This document shows positions 26,815 through 39,110 of a stretch of 64,000 nt of DNA, one piece after another. Made by a program: the position numbers and the translations under genes. The DNA comes from Chiloscyllium plagiosum (lineage: Eukaryota). The notes beneath the pieces were generated by a model that saw only the letters and a list, made by a program, of their open reading frames with translations, was not told the origin of the DNA and ran no database searches. The stretch is taken from contig NC_057719.1 of assembly GCF_004010195.1 (NCBI RefSeq), forward strand, positions 71,402,831-71,466,830, written 5' to 3'. Position 1 is the first letter of the stretch. Each line of letters opens with the position of its first letter.

Positions 26815-27181
26815 TGTGAAGGTGCCGGTGTTGGACTGGGGTGGACAAAGTTAAAACTCACACAACACCAGGTATAGTCCAACAGGTTTATTTGGAAGTA
26901 CTAGCTTTCGGAGCACTGCTCCTTCATCAGGTAGCGAGCGGAGTAGGATCATAGGACACATAACTTATCGCAAAAGATCACAGTCACATACATTGAACAA
27001 ACCTAGATTAATGTTAAATCTTTCATCTTTTAGAATGGGTTACAGGTTTTGATATGATCTTTCGTGATAAATTCTGTGTCCTATGATCCTACTCCACTAG
27101 CTACCTGATGAAGGTGCGTCGCTCCGAAAGCTAATGTGCCTCCAAATAAACCTGTTGGACTATAACCTGGTGTTGGTGATT
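26815..27181. mobile_element. Penelope-like fold-back insertion (family B) with two hammerhead motifs
   Basis: Inverted arms about 26849-26980 / 27056-27189; duplication tttaacttg(g/a)agccatga at 26797-26814 and 27182-27199; cores CUGAUGA-A-GGAGC(AGU)GCUCC-GAAAGCUA on minus 26899-26933 and a variant on plus about 27103-27135. Confidence 0.8.
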
Positions 27182-28744
27182 TTTAACTTGAAGCCATGAC
27201 ACTTCATGGGTTCCAGTATCAATGTTGAGGACTCCCAGGGCAACTCTTTCCTGATTGTGTCCTCCTGTGCTGCCACCTGTGCTGGGTCTGTCCTGCCATT
27301 GGGACAGGACATATCCAGAGATGGTGATAACGATGTCTGGGACATTGTCTGTAAGTTACGATTCCGTGAGTATGACTATCAGGCTGTTGCTTGACTAGTC
27401 TGTGAGACAACGCTCCCAATTTTAGCACGAGTCCCCAGATGTTCAAGAGAAGGACTTTGCAGGGTTGACAGGGCTATTTCTGCTGTTGCCTTTTTGATGC
27501 CTAGGTCAAGACTAGGTGGTCCATCTGATTCCATTTCTTTGTAGTGACTGATACAACTGAATGGCTTGCTAGGCTATTTCACAGGGCAGTTAAGAATCAA
27601 CCACATTGCTGTGGGTCTGGAATCACATGTAGGCCATACCAAGTGAGGTCCTTCCCTGAAGGATATTCATGAACCAGTTGAGTGTTTTTTTCCCAAAAGT
27701 CAGCAGCGGTTTCATCAGTTGATTGTTAATTCCAGATTTTCTTTTACTGAATTCAAATTACACTATCTACTATAGCAGGAGTTGAACTCACACCCCCAGG
27801 ACATTAGCTGAGTCTCTGGATTGATAGTCTAGTGATAATACCAGTAGGCCATTGCCTCTCCAAACAGCCTGCTGACATCCAATTTTAGGAACCTTCTGCA
27901 TGCGAGCTGACATAAATTTCTAGCCTTTCCCTTTGGCATTTTACACAAAAATAATAGTTTTCCACTGAAATTTTTAAAAATATATGTTTGATGTTTACCT
28001 TTCGGCTCTGCTCCGCACGCAATTACCCTGTCAAACAACCAGTAGCATTCTGCTTTGGGTAGTTTGCTGCCACAATCTAGCACCTGTCTAGTTCTCAATG
28101 GAAGTGGCACTAGTCCAACGAAACAAGTTCGGTTATTGCACGATAGCAGTTAATACATTTTACGCTAGCTTGCTCAGCATAATTGCTCGGCATAAGGACT
28201 CTTAGGAACTGCACAAAATACATGTGCTCCTATCTGGTAGCATGCAGAACTCAACTGCCCCAACCAAAGAGATTGTCTTCAAACAATGTCAGATTGTGCG
28301 AAGTTCAATGTAATATGGACATTAACCTCTTCAGAATCATTACTTTTGCAAAACAATCCATTGGAATTCATTTGTGATGAAATTATGACTAGAGTGTGCT
28401 ACATTAAAAATCGAGCTTAGATTAAGAGATCATTTATATGTGAGCTATAGTGTCCCAAGGAAGTCATGTTGGGATTACCAGGATTATTGATTATGAAGGG
28501 TTAAGAGTCATTTGCTGCTACAATGGAGCTAACTTTATTTATAGTATCTTGCAAGAGGTCATTGAATGGTCCTCCCAGACTGACTGTTTTTTTAACTAGA
28601 CTGGGCAAACAGAATGGGCAGCACGGAGGAAAAGTAACACTCTCTGAAGTGTGATAATGTAATGGCACAATTGTCCTCAGGAATGGTTTATCATTGCACT
28701 TTGTGAATAACTGTGTTCCTTTAATTTCGGCAAACACTACTCAC

Positions 28745-28797
28745 CACATTCTCCTGGATCTGGCAGTTTGACACTGAAATGCTGATGGATACATCTC
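28745..28797 (-). CDS. prkd1: Protein kinase D1, coding exon (about exon 11)
   Basis: (R)DVSISISVSNCQIQENV; acceptor tttaaatcag, donor gtgagt; 53 nt. Confidence 0.95.
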
Positions 28798-29711
28798 CTG
28801 ATTTAAAAAAAAGAATAATACTGAATTTATGGCTGTGAAATATTTTAGAATGCTTACGCATCAGTTACACTAAATTCGTAAAAGGAGGAAATACTCAGCA
28901 AGTCAGAAGGCATCTGCAGAGAGGCAAATAGTGACTGTTTCACAGCAGCAGTGCTACTCTCTGCACAGGCGCTGCCTGACCAGCAAGAGTACTTTAATTT
29001 CAGATTTCTGAAATCTGCAATATTTTACTAATCTTATACTGGCATTCCTTGCTGCTTCAAATTATTTATTTTTCAAAGAACAAAGCAAATAATCTAACAT
29101 AAGTGACAGCACAAAATTCTTGAGAACTATACTAATAGTTATACTTAATGCCAGTCAGCCAGCAAACAGTCAACATATTAGATAGCATACTTTTTGTTAA
29201 GATTTTCATATCATGTGTGTTGGGCAAATAAGTGGCTCCTTGTACAATAGGACCTCCCTGGGTATCTAGTCATTCATTTTACACTCACACAGCCACAGCC
29301 TTAGGGTGGCACGGTGACTCAGTGGTTAGCACTACAGCCTTACAGTGCCAGTGACCCAGGTTAGATCATAGCCTTGGGTGACTGTCTGTGTGAAGTTTGC
29401 GCATTCTCCCCATGTCTGTGTAGGTTTCCTCACACAATCCAAAGATGAGCAGGTTAGGTGAATTGGCCATCCTAAACTGCCCACATAGCGTTCAGAGATG
29501 TGTAGGTTAGTTGCATTAGTCAGGGGTAAATGTAGAGTAATAGGAGAATGGGTCTGGGTGGGTGTGTTGGGCCTAAGGGCCTGTTTCCACACTGTAGGCA
29601 TTCAATGCTTCTGCAGGTATAGCTGTTCTACTATTCAATCACAAACTATCTCCTTTGTGAAGATCATGGTTAAATCTCTAACCTGCTCAATCCCAATATC
29701 TATTCAGAAGT

Positions 29712-29881
29712 TACATGACACCAGGCTATTGTCCAACAGATTTGTTAAAGTGATTTCACCTGACGAAGAAGCAGCGCTCCAAATGCTTGTAATTTCAAAG
29801 AAACCTGCTAGACTATAACCTGGTGTCGGGTGACTTCTGACTTTGTCCACCTCCATCCAACACTGGCACCTCCACATCATG
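29712..29881. mobile_element. Family B Penelope-like insertion, degraded
   Basis: gacaccaggctattgtccaacag...cctgacgaagaagcagcgctcc...ctataacctggtgtc...tccaacactggcacctccacatcat. Confidence 0.7.
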
Positions 29882-30254
29882 GCTAAGATCTATTGGTCAC
29901 AATTGAGGAGATCCATGTAGCTATAAGATTAAAGTAAAACAGGATTTTCATTACAGGTTCAAACGTAAGATTTGGTTAATCTTACGTTTGAAAGATTACG
30001 TAAAAAGGTTAATCTAATTCACCTTGCACCACCATCATAATCACAATGGTAATGCGTTCTGATTAAATCACGTCACGATGGCCACAATCATGGCCACAAA
30101 AAAGGTTTCTGTTGATCGCAGAATTGATGTCTATTTAAACATTTAGGGAATGAATACAGCTCAATGCTTTCTTTGGCTTTGTGGTGATGTCCTAGTTTCT
30201 AAGCCAATCAAAGGCCTACTTTAGGATTTGAGCCCATTATTTACATGGCACTTC

Positions 30255-30970
30255 CATACACGGTTGAGGGAGTACTGCACTGTTCAGTATGGTTTAGGGA
30301 ATACTGAGGGAGCAATGAAGGAACATTGAGGTAGCAAGAGGCAGTACTGCACTGTTCAATGCAGTGCTGAGGCCAAACTGAGAGAGTACAGCACCGTTCA
30401 GTCTTGTGTTGAGACAGAACTGAGGGAGTGCAGCATTGTTGAGGGAGTACTGTACTATTAAGTTTGGTGTTGAGGGAACACTGAGGGAGAACTGAGGAAG
30501 TACTGAAGGAGAACTGAAGGAGTACTGAACTGTGCAATACTCACTCAGTATTTGCTTAGTGCTCCCTCAACACTGTACGGCTGAGGGAGAACTGAGAGAG
30601 GACTGATGAATCACCTAAGGGACTACTGCACTGTTCAGTACAATGTTAAGGGAGAACTGAAGGAGTATTGAACTGTTGAAACCATCTGGGTCAAATGTGA
30701 TACTGGACAAGAGTCCTATAAACTTTTCTGTTTGACTTAAAAGATCACATGGCACTACTTAAAGAAGAACAGGAAGCAATCCAATGTTCTAGTCAACATT
30801 TACCTTTCACCATCACCGCTGTAAAACATTTATATCATTGCTTTCATGTACAAAAATTGACTGCTGCATTTGAGTATATTGCAACAGTGTTTCTAATTCA
30901 AAAGTACTTTAATGACTGTGAAGTGCTTTGTACATTTTATGAAAGTTGTTATATAATTGAAAGTCTTTTT
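30255..30970 (+). repeat. Deu-domain SINE with internal degenerate tandem expansion
   Basis: About 400 bp of reiterated gagggagtactgcactgttcagt / actgagggaga units (30255-30680) running into a Deu-SINE-like 3' half. Confidence 0.6.
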
Positions 30971-32409
30971 TTCTCTTACTTCAATACAGAGGGCAAGGAA
31001 TGTGTTGAAATGACAGTGTTTCACAATGTACATGCATGAGAAGTTCTGGATTGGTTTGAATCAGTTTTGGATTTTCATTGATTCAGACGTAGTGCCTTGC
31101 AGATCAAAATGTCAAAATGCAAACCGACTTTGAAGTGAAATGAGAGCCTGTCATCAAGATAGAAGCTCAGTCATAAGGATGTACTATCAGCTCCATTCTG
31201 ATTCAGGCTAGATATTCACTGTTAGCTCGAGTGTTAATGTGAGATGAAATTGTCCAGTGTATGTGATTGGGAGGTGTGTATTTTTTAAGTCACTAAATTT
31301 TCACTTTCCCTTGCAGAACAAGCAGACCCATAATCTGAAGAAACGAGTAAAGATGGGCAAAGGGGTCCCTTTGCTGATCAACAATACTCTGGATTGTGGG
31401 AGAGCAGGATAATCGACCCAGAGTTAATGACTAGGTTGGAATGGCAAAGCATCAGAGTCAGAATCGATCAAACCTGGTGCTCAGGACCACAGGAGGGATG
31501 GTGCAATGCTCATAGATTCTGTGGAATCTTACTGTGTCGGGGAGATGAGATACACCACATGTGGGGAGAATAACACTAGTGACCCTTCATGAGAGCAGCT
31601 ACACCCGTGCAAAGTGCAGAGGATTACAATCGAGGCCACAAACTAGTCAGCATAGCACCGTTATGTCTCAGTAATTGAGATATTTTCTTGAGATATTTTC
31701 TAAACAATCTATTCAAAGATGTGAGACAGGAGCAGGCAGTTGGGACTAGTTTACTTCTAGGATTATGCTGGGCATATGGACTGGCTGGATTGAAGAATCT
31801 GTTTCTGTGCAGTACAACTCTGTGCTATTACACACCTCTGGAGCCGGTGGAACATGAGGCTGGGCTTCCGGATTCTGAGGGAGGCTGTGACAGCCAAGGT
31901 CCCAAACTTTTGGAGGACTCTTAGGGAACAAATACATAATGAACACCACATTGATGGTAGATATTTGTTCACGATAGCTAATATCATCCCAAATGAGGCA
32001 ACATCCTGGGAAACCATTTCTGTGCCCTCTCTGAAGATGCCTCACCCTTCTGGAAGTGTAGTGACCAAGAAATATGTGCAATATTCCTAACTAAAGTTCT
32101 AGCTGAAGTTCTATATGGCTGAAAAAGTTGAGTTCTTCCATTGTGAGTATGTGGCTGCTTCTATGGAGAGATTGGCAGGGGAAATAGATCAAACTATCAC
32201 CCTTTGTACTGTATTCTACACACTGTCACTCCAGCCATACAGTATTGGCAAGGTCAGAGAGGGATAAGACCCCTTGAGTTCCCTCAAGATGTCCTTGCTT
32301 CCCAGCACGACAATAAGGTGCCACCATTCAGCCGGCAGCAACCACTTCCTTTCAGATGGGACTTTCAGCGGGATGTTACTTATGTCCCCCCTCCAAACAC
32401 ACACACACA

Positions 32410-33067
32410 CATTAACAGCACAGAGCTGGAACAAGTGGAGAGTGTCAAGCTCCTGGGAGTGGTCATCCACAATAAGTTTTCTTGGACTCTTCATGTGGGC
32501 ACACTGGTTATAAAGGCCCAACAACGTCTCTTCTTCCTCAAGCAGCTGAGGAATTTTGGCATGACGGCGAATACCCTTGCCAACTTTTATGGGTGCGCCA
32601 TCAAGAGCATTTTGTCTGGACGTATCACTACCTGGTATGGCAACTGTACCATTCAAGATTGGAGACAGTTACACAGAGTGATGGACTCGGCCCGGACAAT
32701 CACAAAGGCCAACCTCCCATCTAAAGAATCCATCTACCGGGCCCGCTGTCAAGGAACGGCCGCCATCATTCTCAAAGATCCATCCCACCCTGGCAATGTT
32801 TTTCTACAACCTCTACCATCGGGGAGAAGGTACAGAAGCCTGAACACACGCACTCGCTGGTTTCGAAACAGTTTCTACCCTACTACTGTTAGAATACTGA
32901 ATAGACTCACAAATTCTTAACATTCTCCTGTACCTGTGTCTTTGTCTTTGCTGCTGTTTACCTATCTATGACTATTTAACTCTGTGATCTGCCTGTATTG
33001 CTAGCAAGACAAAGCTTTTCACTGTGCCTCGGTACACATGACAATAAATTCAATTCAATTCAATTCA
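32410..33067 (+). mobile_element. Rex1/Babar LINE 3' end, young
   Basis: Uninterrupted frame VESVKLLGV...KAQQRLFFLKQLR...KDPSHPG...LPSGRRYRS...NSFYP ending at 32920; aataaa then (ttcaa)n tail; starts at a (CA)n run. Confidence 0.88.
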
Positions 33068-33922
33068 GGTTATGCCCTGAGTATGCAGCCTCTCCTTATC
33101 CCCTCTGCCATGTCCCATTGTGTCTTGTAGCTGATGCTGAGGAGGATGCCCTATAATTGGTGCAGAACACCATCAGAGACCTGAAAACACCGGACCCCCA
33201 GAGGGCCTCCAGGCTGAAGTTATTGTAAACAAACTAGCATCAAATTCAGTAGCCTCCCTCTGCCTCAGCTGCTGAAGGTTAGTCCACACTCAGATGTATG
33301 GTGGGAAAAGAGAATTCAAGAATGTATGAAACTGACACAGGATTTCTTGACCAAATTAATATTATCATAGGAATATTGAGGAATATATTGTTTCCATTTT
33401 ATTCATTTGCGCTTCATTATTGTTTTTAGACACTTGATTAGTCAGAACCTGACCTAACCCATAATAGGCACTCACTGTTAATTGCAGGAGAATGTCAGAC
33501 ACCTTTTCTATGTAGGAGACTATGGTATTTGTTTTCAGTCTATACAAATTCATGCTTATTTCCACTTTGATAGTCACCAGTCTATGGGTAAGATAATAAT
33601 AAGTATTCATGTGAAACAAATGTATTGTAAATAGGAACCTGCCATGGACTGATGTGATGTCCAATCTGCTAGTTCCACACCATCGATTTAATTTTGCTGT
33701 CTGTATCTGCCATCATAATTTCAAAATTTCAGCTCCCACATATTCAACTTGCCCAGCCAACATGTTTCTGTTCTGGGACTCATCACTGAATTCTACCCTT
33801 TTTGTTTGCTTTTGTGAGTACATAGCAGGCAAGATTATTTTACTGTCAGCAGTAAGGCTTTTCTTTATTTGAGACTTAAAAGGTACTGAATTTGACAATT
33901 TCAAATTATAACTCTCACTTAC

Positions 33923-34202
33923 TATGCAGACTGTGCACGGATCCTGAAGATGAACCTTTTGGAATGACTGGCATCAAGGCATGTTGGATGGCCAACTCCC
34001 ACATCTGGGCAACATCTATCCCAGTGCCACCTGTCAACACACTGCTGTGTTTAGGTGAACTCAAATGATTGGTCAGGTTTTCACCAACAAAATACATCAT
34101 ACTTGCAGTGGTAATTTCAAAACAGTGAGGATTGGCTCCACAAGGTAATAAGTTAAAGTTTTTTCCGGGTTCCAGAGATAAAATTTCAGATAGTGGAATT
34201 TC
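33923..34202 (-). CDS. prkd1: Protein kinase D1, coding exon (about exon 10), PH domain
   Basis: [12 protein letters not shown]...NPHCFEITT...[26 protein letters not shown](R); acceptor ttgcag, donor gtaagt; 280 nt. Confidence 0.97.
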
Positions 34203-35862
34203 CTGCAATTAAAACAGTTGTCTTTTATCTTGTGAATAAAAAGTCATCGTAAGCAATAGGGCAAATTAATTATATTGTTACATTTTGATCAAAGATTGGG
34301 CACAGAATCATGTACAACTGAATTAAATCATTGACTTATATCTTTCTAACAAATGTATTTTTTCAGCCTCCATTTTTGCCTCACTCCCTTTCTCTATTCC
34401 TTCCGATATTTGGATCCAATTCTATACACATAGGAAGTCCCTTTTCATCTGGCAAAGATTAAAAACAGGCTGTTCCATGGGAGATTACTGTAATTCATTC
34501 CAAATTTCTCCTCCCAATGTGCTTTTCACATTTTCCCAATCATTGTATGGTCAGCAATACCTTAAATCCTGACACAGTGAGCCCAGGAACATGAAGACCC
34601 AATTCATGGAGTACACTTATCATCCCCGCTGAGGTGATACATCCAGAACAGAACTAAATCAGATATCTTCATTATTGCTCTGACTGAGTGCCACAACTTT
34701 TAGCACAATGCACTCTCAGACATCAGGGATTGTCCATGAAGCAGCTTGATACAGGTTTGTAACACGAAATTATTTGTACATTTTTGAGACACTGCTTTTC
34801 AAAGATCTTCCTGGTGTATTTTTTTGTGCAGGAGGAAAATCTCGGAAGGTCACGTCTGTGTGAAAGCCTTTCTCAGATTTTCATCTCCACAGGTAAGATT
34901 CATTGCTTTCCTCTTTCCATTATTTTACTTGTAGGGATGTATCGAAAAGATGGAAGAGAATATACACATCACAACATATGTTTTGTGGCTGTAGAAACAG
35001 GTTAAAATCACTAAATACATTAGGAATGCGTTGGGTAGAATGAGAGAGCAGCTTTTGTGTTATCTTTTCCTGCTCAATTTAGTAAAACTTAAAGTTGTGT
35101 GCACCATTAGTTTTTATTACCATTGCAGTTTCAAACAGAGAATTCAGTTTAAAAGTTGTAATGTGTTAATCTTTAACTCCAGCAAATTGAAAGTTACCAT
35201 CTGTTAACACAAAGTCTACAATGCCAGCTGTCAATCATCGGCAGCAATGTGCCATGATGACATAATTCCTCCACATGTCAAAGTGACATAGATTATGAGT
35301 CACAGCATGATCTCCTCGAGAATTGACAATCACTTTTACATGACTACGGCAAATCGGGGATGAGCATCTTTGTTTACAAAGACTGACATTTTAAACTTTG
35401 AATTAATTCTGTAAGATATTTTTTAAGGGGCACTATCCTTTTCCGAGTACTGTTTCTTTTCCATATAACTAGTAGAGGCAACACTGCTTTAAGATGTTTC
35501 ATACTATTTACTGTTAAAGTTGTAGTTTTTCTTAATACTATCTTCTTTAAAAAAAATCACAGAATTCCCAATTTGCTCATGACCCGAGTCTTATGTTATT
35601 CCCTGTATTGTAAACCTACAATTGAAAGCATTCATTTCAATTTTCTAGTTAAGTATTCAATGCAGAAAAGTTTATTCTATTTAAAGTTATCTGTAATTAT
35701 TTTGAAATGAAATCCATTTAAAGCCACCCAAAATGCTTCCAATAATGATATAAACTAAAAGGGTTAAAGCAAGAGTTCAACCGGAACTTTTCACTGACAT
35801 TTAGCTTGCATCATTTTGGATTATTTATTCAGTGTCAATGTTTAACTGAGAAAATCAAGTTA

Positions 35863-35952
<90 letters not shown>

Positions 35953-37072
35953 CTACAGGATAAAAACACATTCCAATGTTAGAAAATTCTTAAAAGAACA
36001 GTGAATAGCACATTTAAATGGTAGCATCATTGATGTACTAGTATTAGGCAATAAAAGCCTTCTGTGCTGAATAAATGTCAGTGTCACAGGCAGAGCTGTT
36101 TATACAGTCGTGCGGAGGTTTTATGTTAAGTGCCCAAAAAGGTTTTATCGATATTATAGTATATCTCGGGAGACAGGATAATGCTGGAAGACTGATGCAA
36201 ATTGGACAACACCATACTGAAGAGTCATATAATAATAAAAAATAAATCAGATTGTGTCTTTCTTTCCCCTTTGCAAAGTTTCTTTGCTTACAGTTTCCAA
36301 GCTCCAGTGTTTGTTTTATTCTTAGTGCACTTATAAAACCTTTCCTTCCCTGTATATTTAGCCCCACTAGTGCCATCTCTAACTCTATTTGTAACATTTA
36401 TCCCGAAGACTAATTATTGAGCAAGTTTATTGACAAAGGGGTTCAGGCTATAAATTAGGATATTGATGTAGTGTTTATTTGACAAAACAATGTTCTGTTC
36501 ACTAAATATGTTTTCAGGAGTTTATTAGCTTCTGTTGAATAAGTGGAACTATCTCAGTAATTTTTTTGTATAAAATTATTTCCTTTTTCTTGTTTGGACA
36601 TTTTCCATAACATTGTTTAAAAAGTGTTCCTCCTAATTATCAGTGCAATTCAATAATATTACATCAACCATTAAATCAGACTGTTTTGGTCACTACACAT
36701 ACAGTATAAACACTGCAGAAAACAGTTGGGAGAAAGAGTGCACATTAAGAAAGAAGATAACACACCAGCTCACTATGCCATCTTCTCGAACTGAATTAAA
36801 TAGATTGTTCGTATCTATCTTTCAACTGTAATCACTTGCTGTATTAATGACATGCAGTTTCTGATCAGCTTTGTAGCAATTGATTCAACGCTATGCACAG
36901 AGTGTAAGGGCAATGCGAAGCAGCGCATGTCATCTACACAGATTATAATCTATAGGCTTATTAGCTCCTATCCTTTCTAAAGTAGGAACAGATCAGCAAT
37001 AAATAATATTTCAATATGGGTTAATCATTTCTAGAATGGCTATGTCAATATAACAGAGCTGAGGAAATGATG

Positions 37073-37225
37073 TTAAAAATCACACAACACCAGGTTATAG
37101 TCCAACAGGTTTAATTGGAAGCACACTAGCTTTCGGAGCGACGCTCCTTCATCAGGTGATATAACCTGGTGTTGTGTGATTTTTAACTTTGTACACCCCA
37201 GTCCAACACCGGCATCTCCAAATCA
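37073..37225. mobile_element. Family B Penelope-like insertion with intact hammerhead core
   Basis: Perfect 13-bp TSD tgaggaaatgatg at 37060-37072 and 37226-37238; short inverted arms; minus-strand CAC-CUGAUGA-A-GGAGC(GUC)GCUCC-GAAA-GC-UA^GUG at 37124-37158. Confidence 0.85.
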
Positions 37226-38674
37226 TGAGGAAATGATGGCATGGTGGCATAATGATTAACACTACTGCCTCACAGTAGGTACAGTGGGGTGGATTCCAAC
37301 CTTGGGTGACTATCTATGTGGAGTTTCCATGTTCTCCCAATGTTACCCTTTGGAGGGATGGTGCAGATTTGATAGACTGAATGGCTTCTTTTTGCACTAT
37401 AGAGATTCTATGACTAAGTTGCAACACAAAGCAAAAGTAAGAAAATTGTTCAGGCTGTAACAATATTTCTGTGACATTGAAAAGTAATATAACTAATGGA
37501 GAACAGTATCACCTCTTCTCCAGAGGCTGCTGAGAAACTGTTTTAAATCTAAGGAAAAGTGACAAAGATGAATCCTGGTGGCTGATTGTTCACTTGTACG
37601 TAAACAGAGTATAATTAAAATAGACACAGCTTTGGTATCACCCTTTGTGACTGGGCTTTCTATTGATCGTAGGTTCATACCCAAATGTCTTGAAGGATAA
37701 TAGGTGGTAATGGTAACTGTGCATTTCATTCTACAGAATTGGGATGTGAGAGGTTTTTCTGTGAAATCGATATAATTTTTCTCTATTAGCAGATGTCAAC
37801 TTGTTAAAAAATGGCAACTTGCATTTGGGGTGAAAATACTCAGTGCACTGTCAGTGGCAATCTAGTTTAGTAGCATTGATAAAACAGACTTGATCCCACT
37901 GAAAGGCTGCATTTAACTATTTTCTGAAGAGGTATCTGTTTTACTTTTTGCTCACTGTTTCATTCTTTATGATTGTTAACTTATTTTGTTATTTTCTTAC
38001 TGAGCAACAATGCGTCACAATAATAGTGGATGCATTTCAAGATGTAACTTAGAATAAATCATGTTACATGTTTTGATCAGAGCTATGGACCAGTTGCAGC
38101 TAGAGGTGGTTCAGTTATATTTCATTCTGTCCTTTCCAGTACAAAATATTTCTGTGCCCTGAGTTGTATTTGGGAGCTGATAATGGAGTGACAAAACATT
38201 TCAATAACCAACAGTCTTTGGCATCAGTGAATTAATTTTAAGGATTGGTAAGAAAATAAAGTAATATTTGAGAAGATGTATTAGAGTTAAAGTCCAGACC
38301 ATTAGTATCAGTAAGAAGCAGAGAACATTTTGCAGCAATGCTAAAACCATTATCAAAGCATACCTTTAGAATGTACACATGGGCTAAATTTTATTTCAGG
38401 AGGGGGGTTGAGGGGTGAGTAGTGCTCATTCTCTGACAGAAAACTTACTTGCAGTTTTGTTGTGTGTTTGGTGTCAACTCTACTTAATATCCCAAAGTAA
38501 TGTTGCTGAAAGCCGTAGAAATCTTAATGACAACATTCCATTTACAACTTAGCCTATACATACTTTCTGTCAGCATAAGGTTCAAGCTACTGCTCTCTTT
38601 TCTTTAGCATATGATTCTGATATCATCATCATATCGAAATATATAATATTAACCCATTCCCGCAAGTCTTTATC

Positions 38675-39110
38675 CCTGAGCTATTGGGAGAGGCTGAATA
38701 GACGGGGGCTGTTTTCACTGGAGTGTTGGAGGGTGAGGGGTGACATAATAGAGGTTTATAAAGTCATGAAGGGCATGGATAGGATAAATAGACAAAGGTC
38801 ATTTACCTGGTTTGGAGGAGTCCAGAGCTAGAGGGCATAGGTTTAAGGTGAGGGGAAAGATTTAAAAGGGACCTAAGGGACAACCTTTTCACGTAGAGGG
38901 TGGTGCGTTATGGAATGAGCTGCCAGAGGAGTGATTGAGGCTGGTACTATTACAATATTTAAAAATCATCTGGATAGATATATGACTAGGAAGGGTTTAG
39001 AGGGATACAGACCAAGTGTTGACAAATGGGACTTGGTTAGGTTAGGACATCTGGTCAGCATGGAGGAGTTGGACTGAAGGGTCTGTTTTTTTGCTATACA
39101 TCTCTATGGT
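38675..39110 (+). mobile_element. CR1 LINE 3' fragment
   Basis: Closely matches the reverse complement of 40660-41100. Confidence 0.88.

Larger units (their letters stand above)
24708..27861 (-). mobile_element. Internally deleted LINE with tRNA/LF-SINE-like 5' head, APE endonuclease remnant and LF-SINE-like tail
   Basis: A box 27841-27851, B box 27778-27789; endonuclease remnants NIWGLVLKLGALSHRLVKQQPD and SVLLHVEQDLEETLRVARAQKVLWV; RT C-terminal remnant about 25440-25755; tail gggatgggcaataaatgctg near 24740-24760; hosts two SINEs and one Penelope-like insertion. Confidence 0.75.

Noticed and set aside
30255..30680. Reiterated units as a CRISPR-like array
   Set aside because: Units are degenerate and irregular with no unique spacers, the context is a vertebrate intron, and the motif derives from a SINE.
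32204..32920. 238-aa ORF as a cellular gene (such sequences are often mislabelled in databases)
   Set aside because: It is the C-terminus of a Rex1/Babar RT ORF with a (ttcaa)n tail, fused by chance to upstream sequence.
31310..33300. GC-richer DNA flanking the Rex1 insert as a further element or exon
   Set aside because: No recognisable protein motif, termini or splice-compatible frame; left unassigned.
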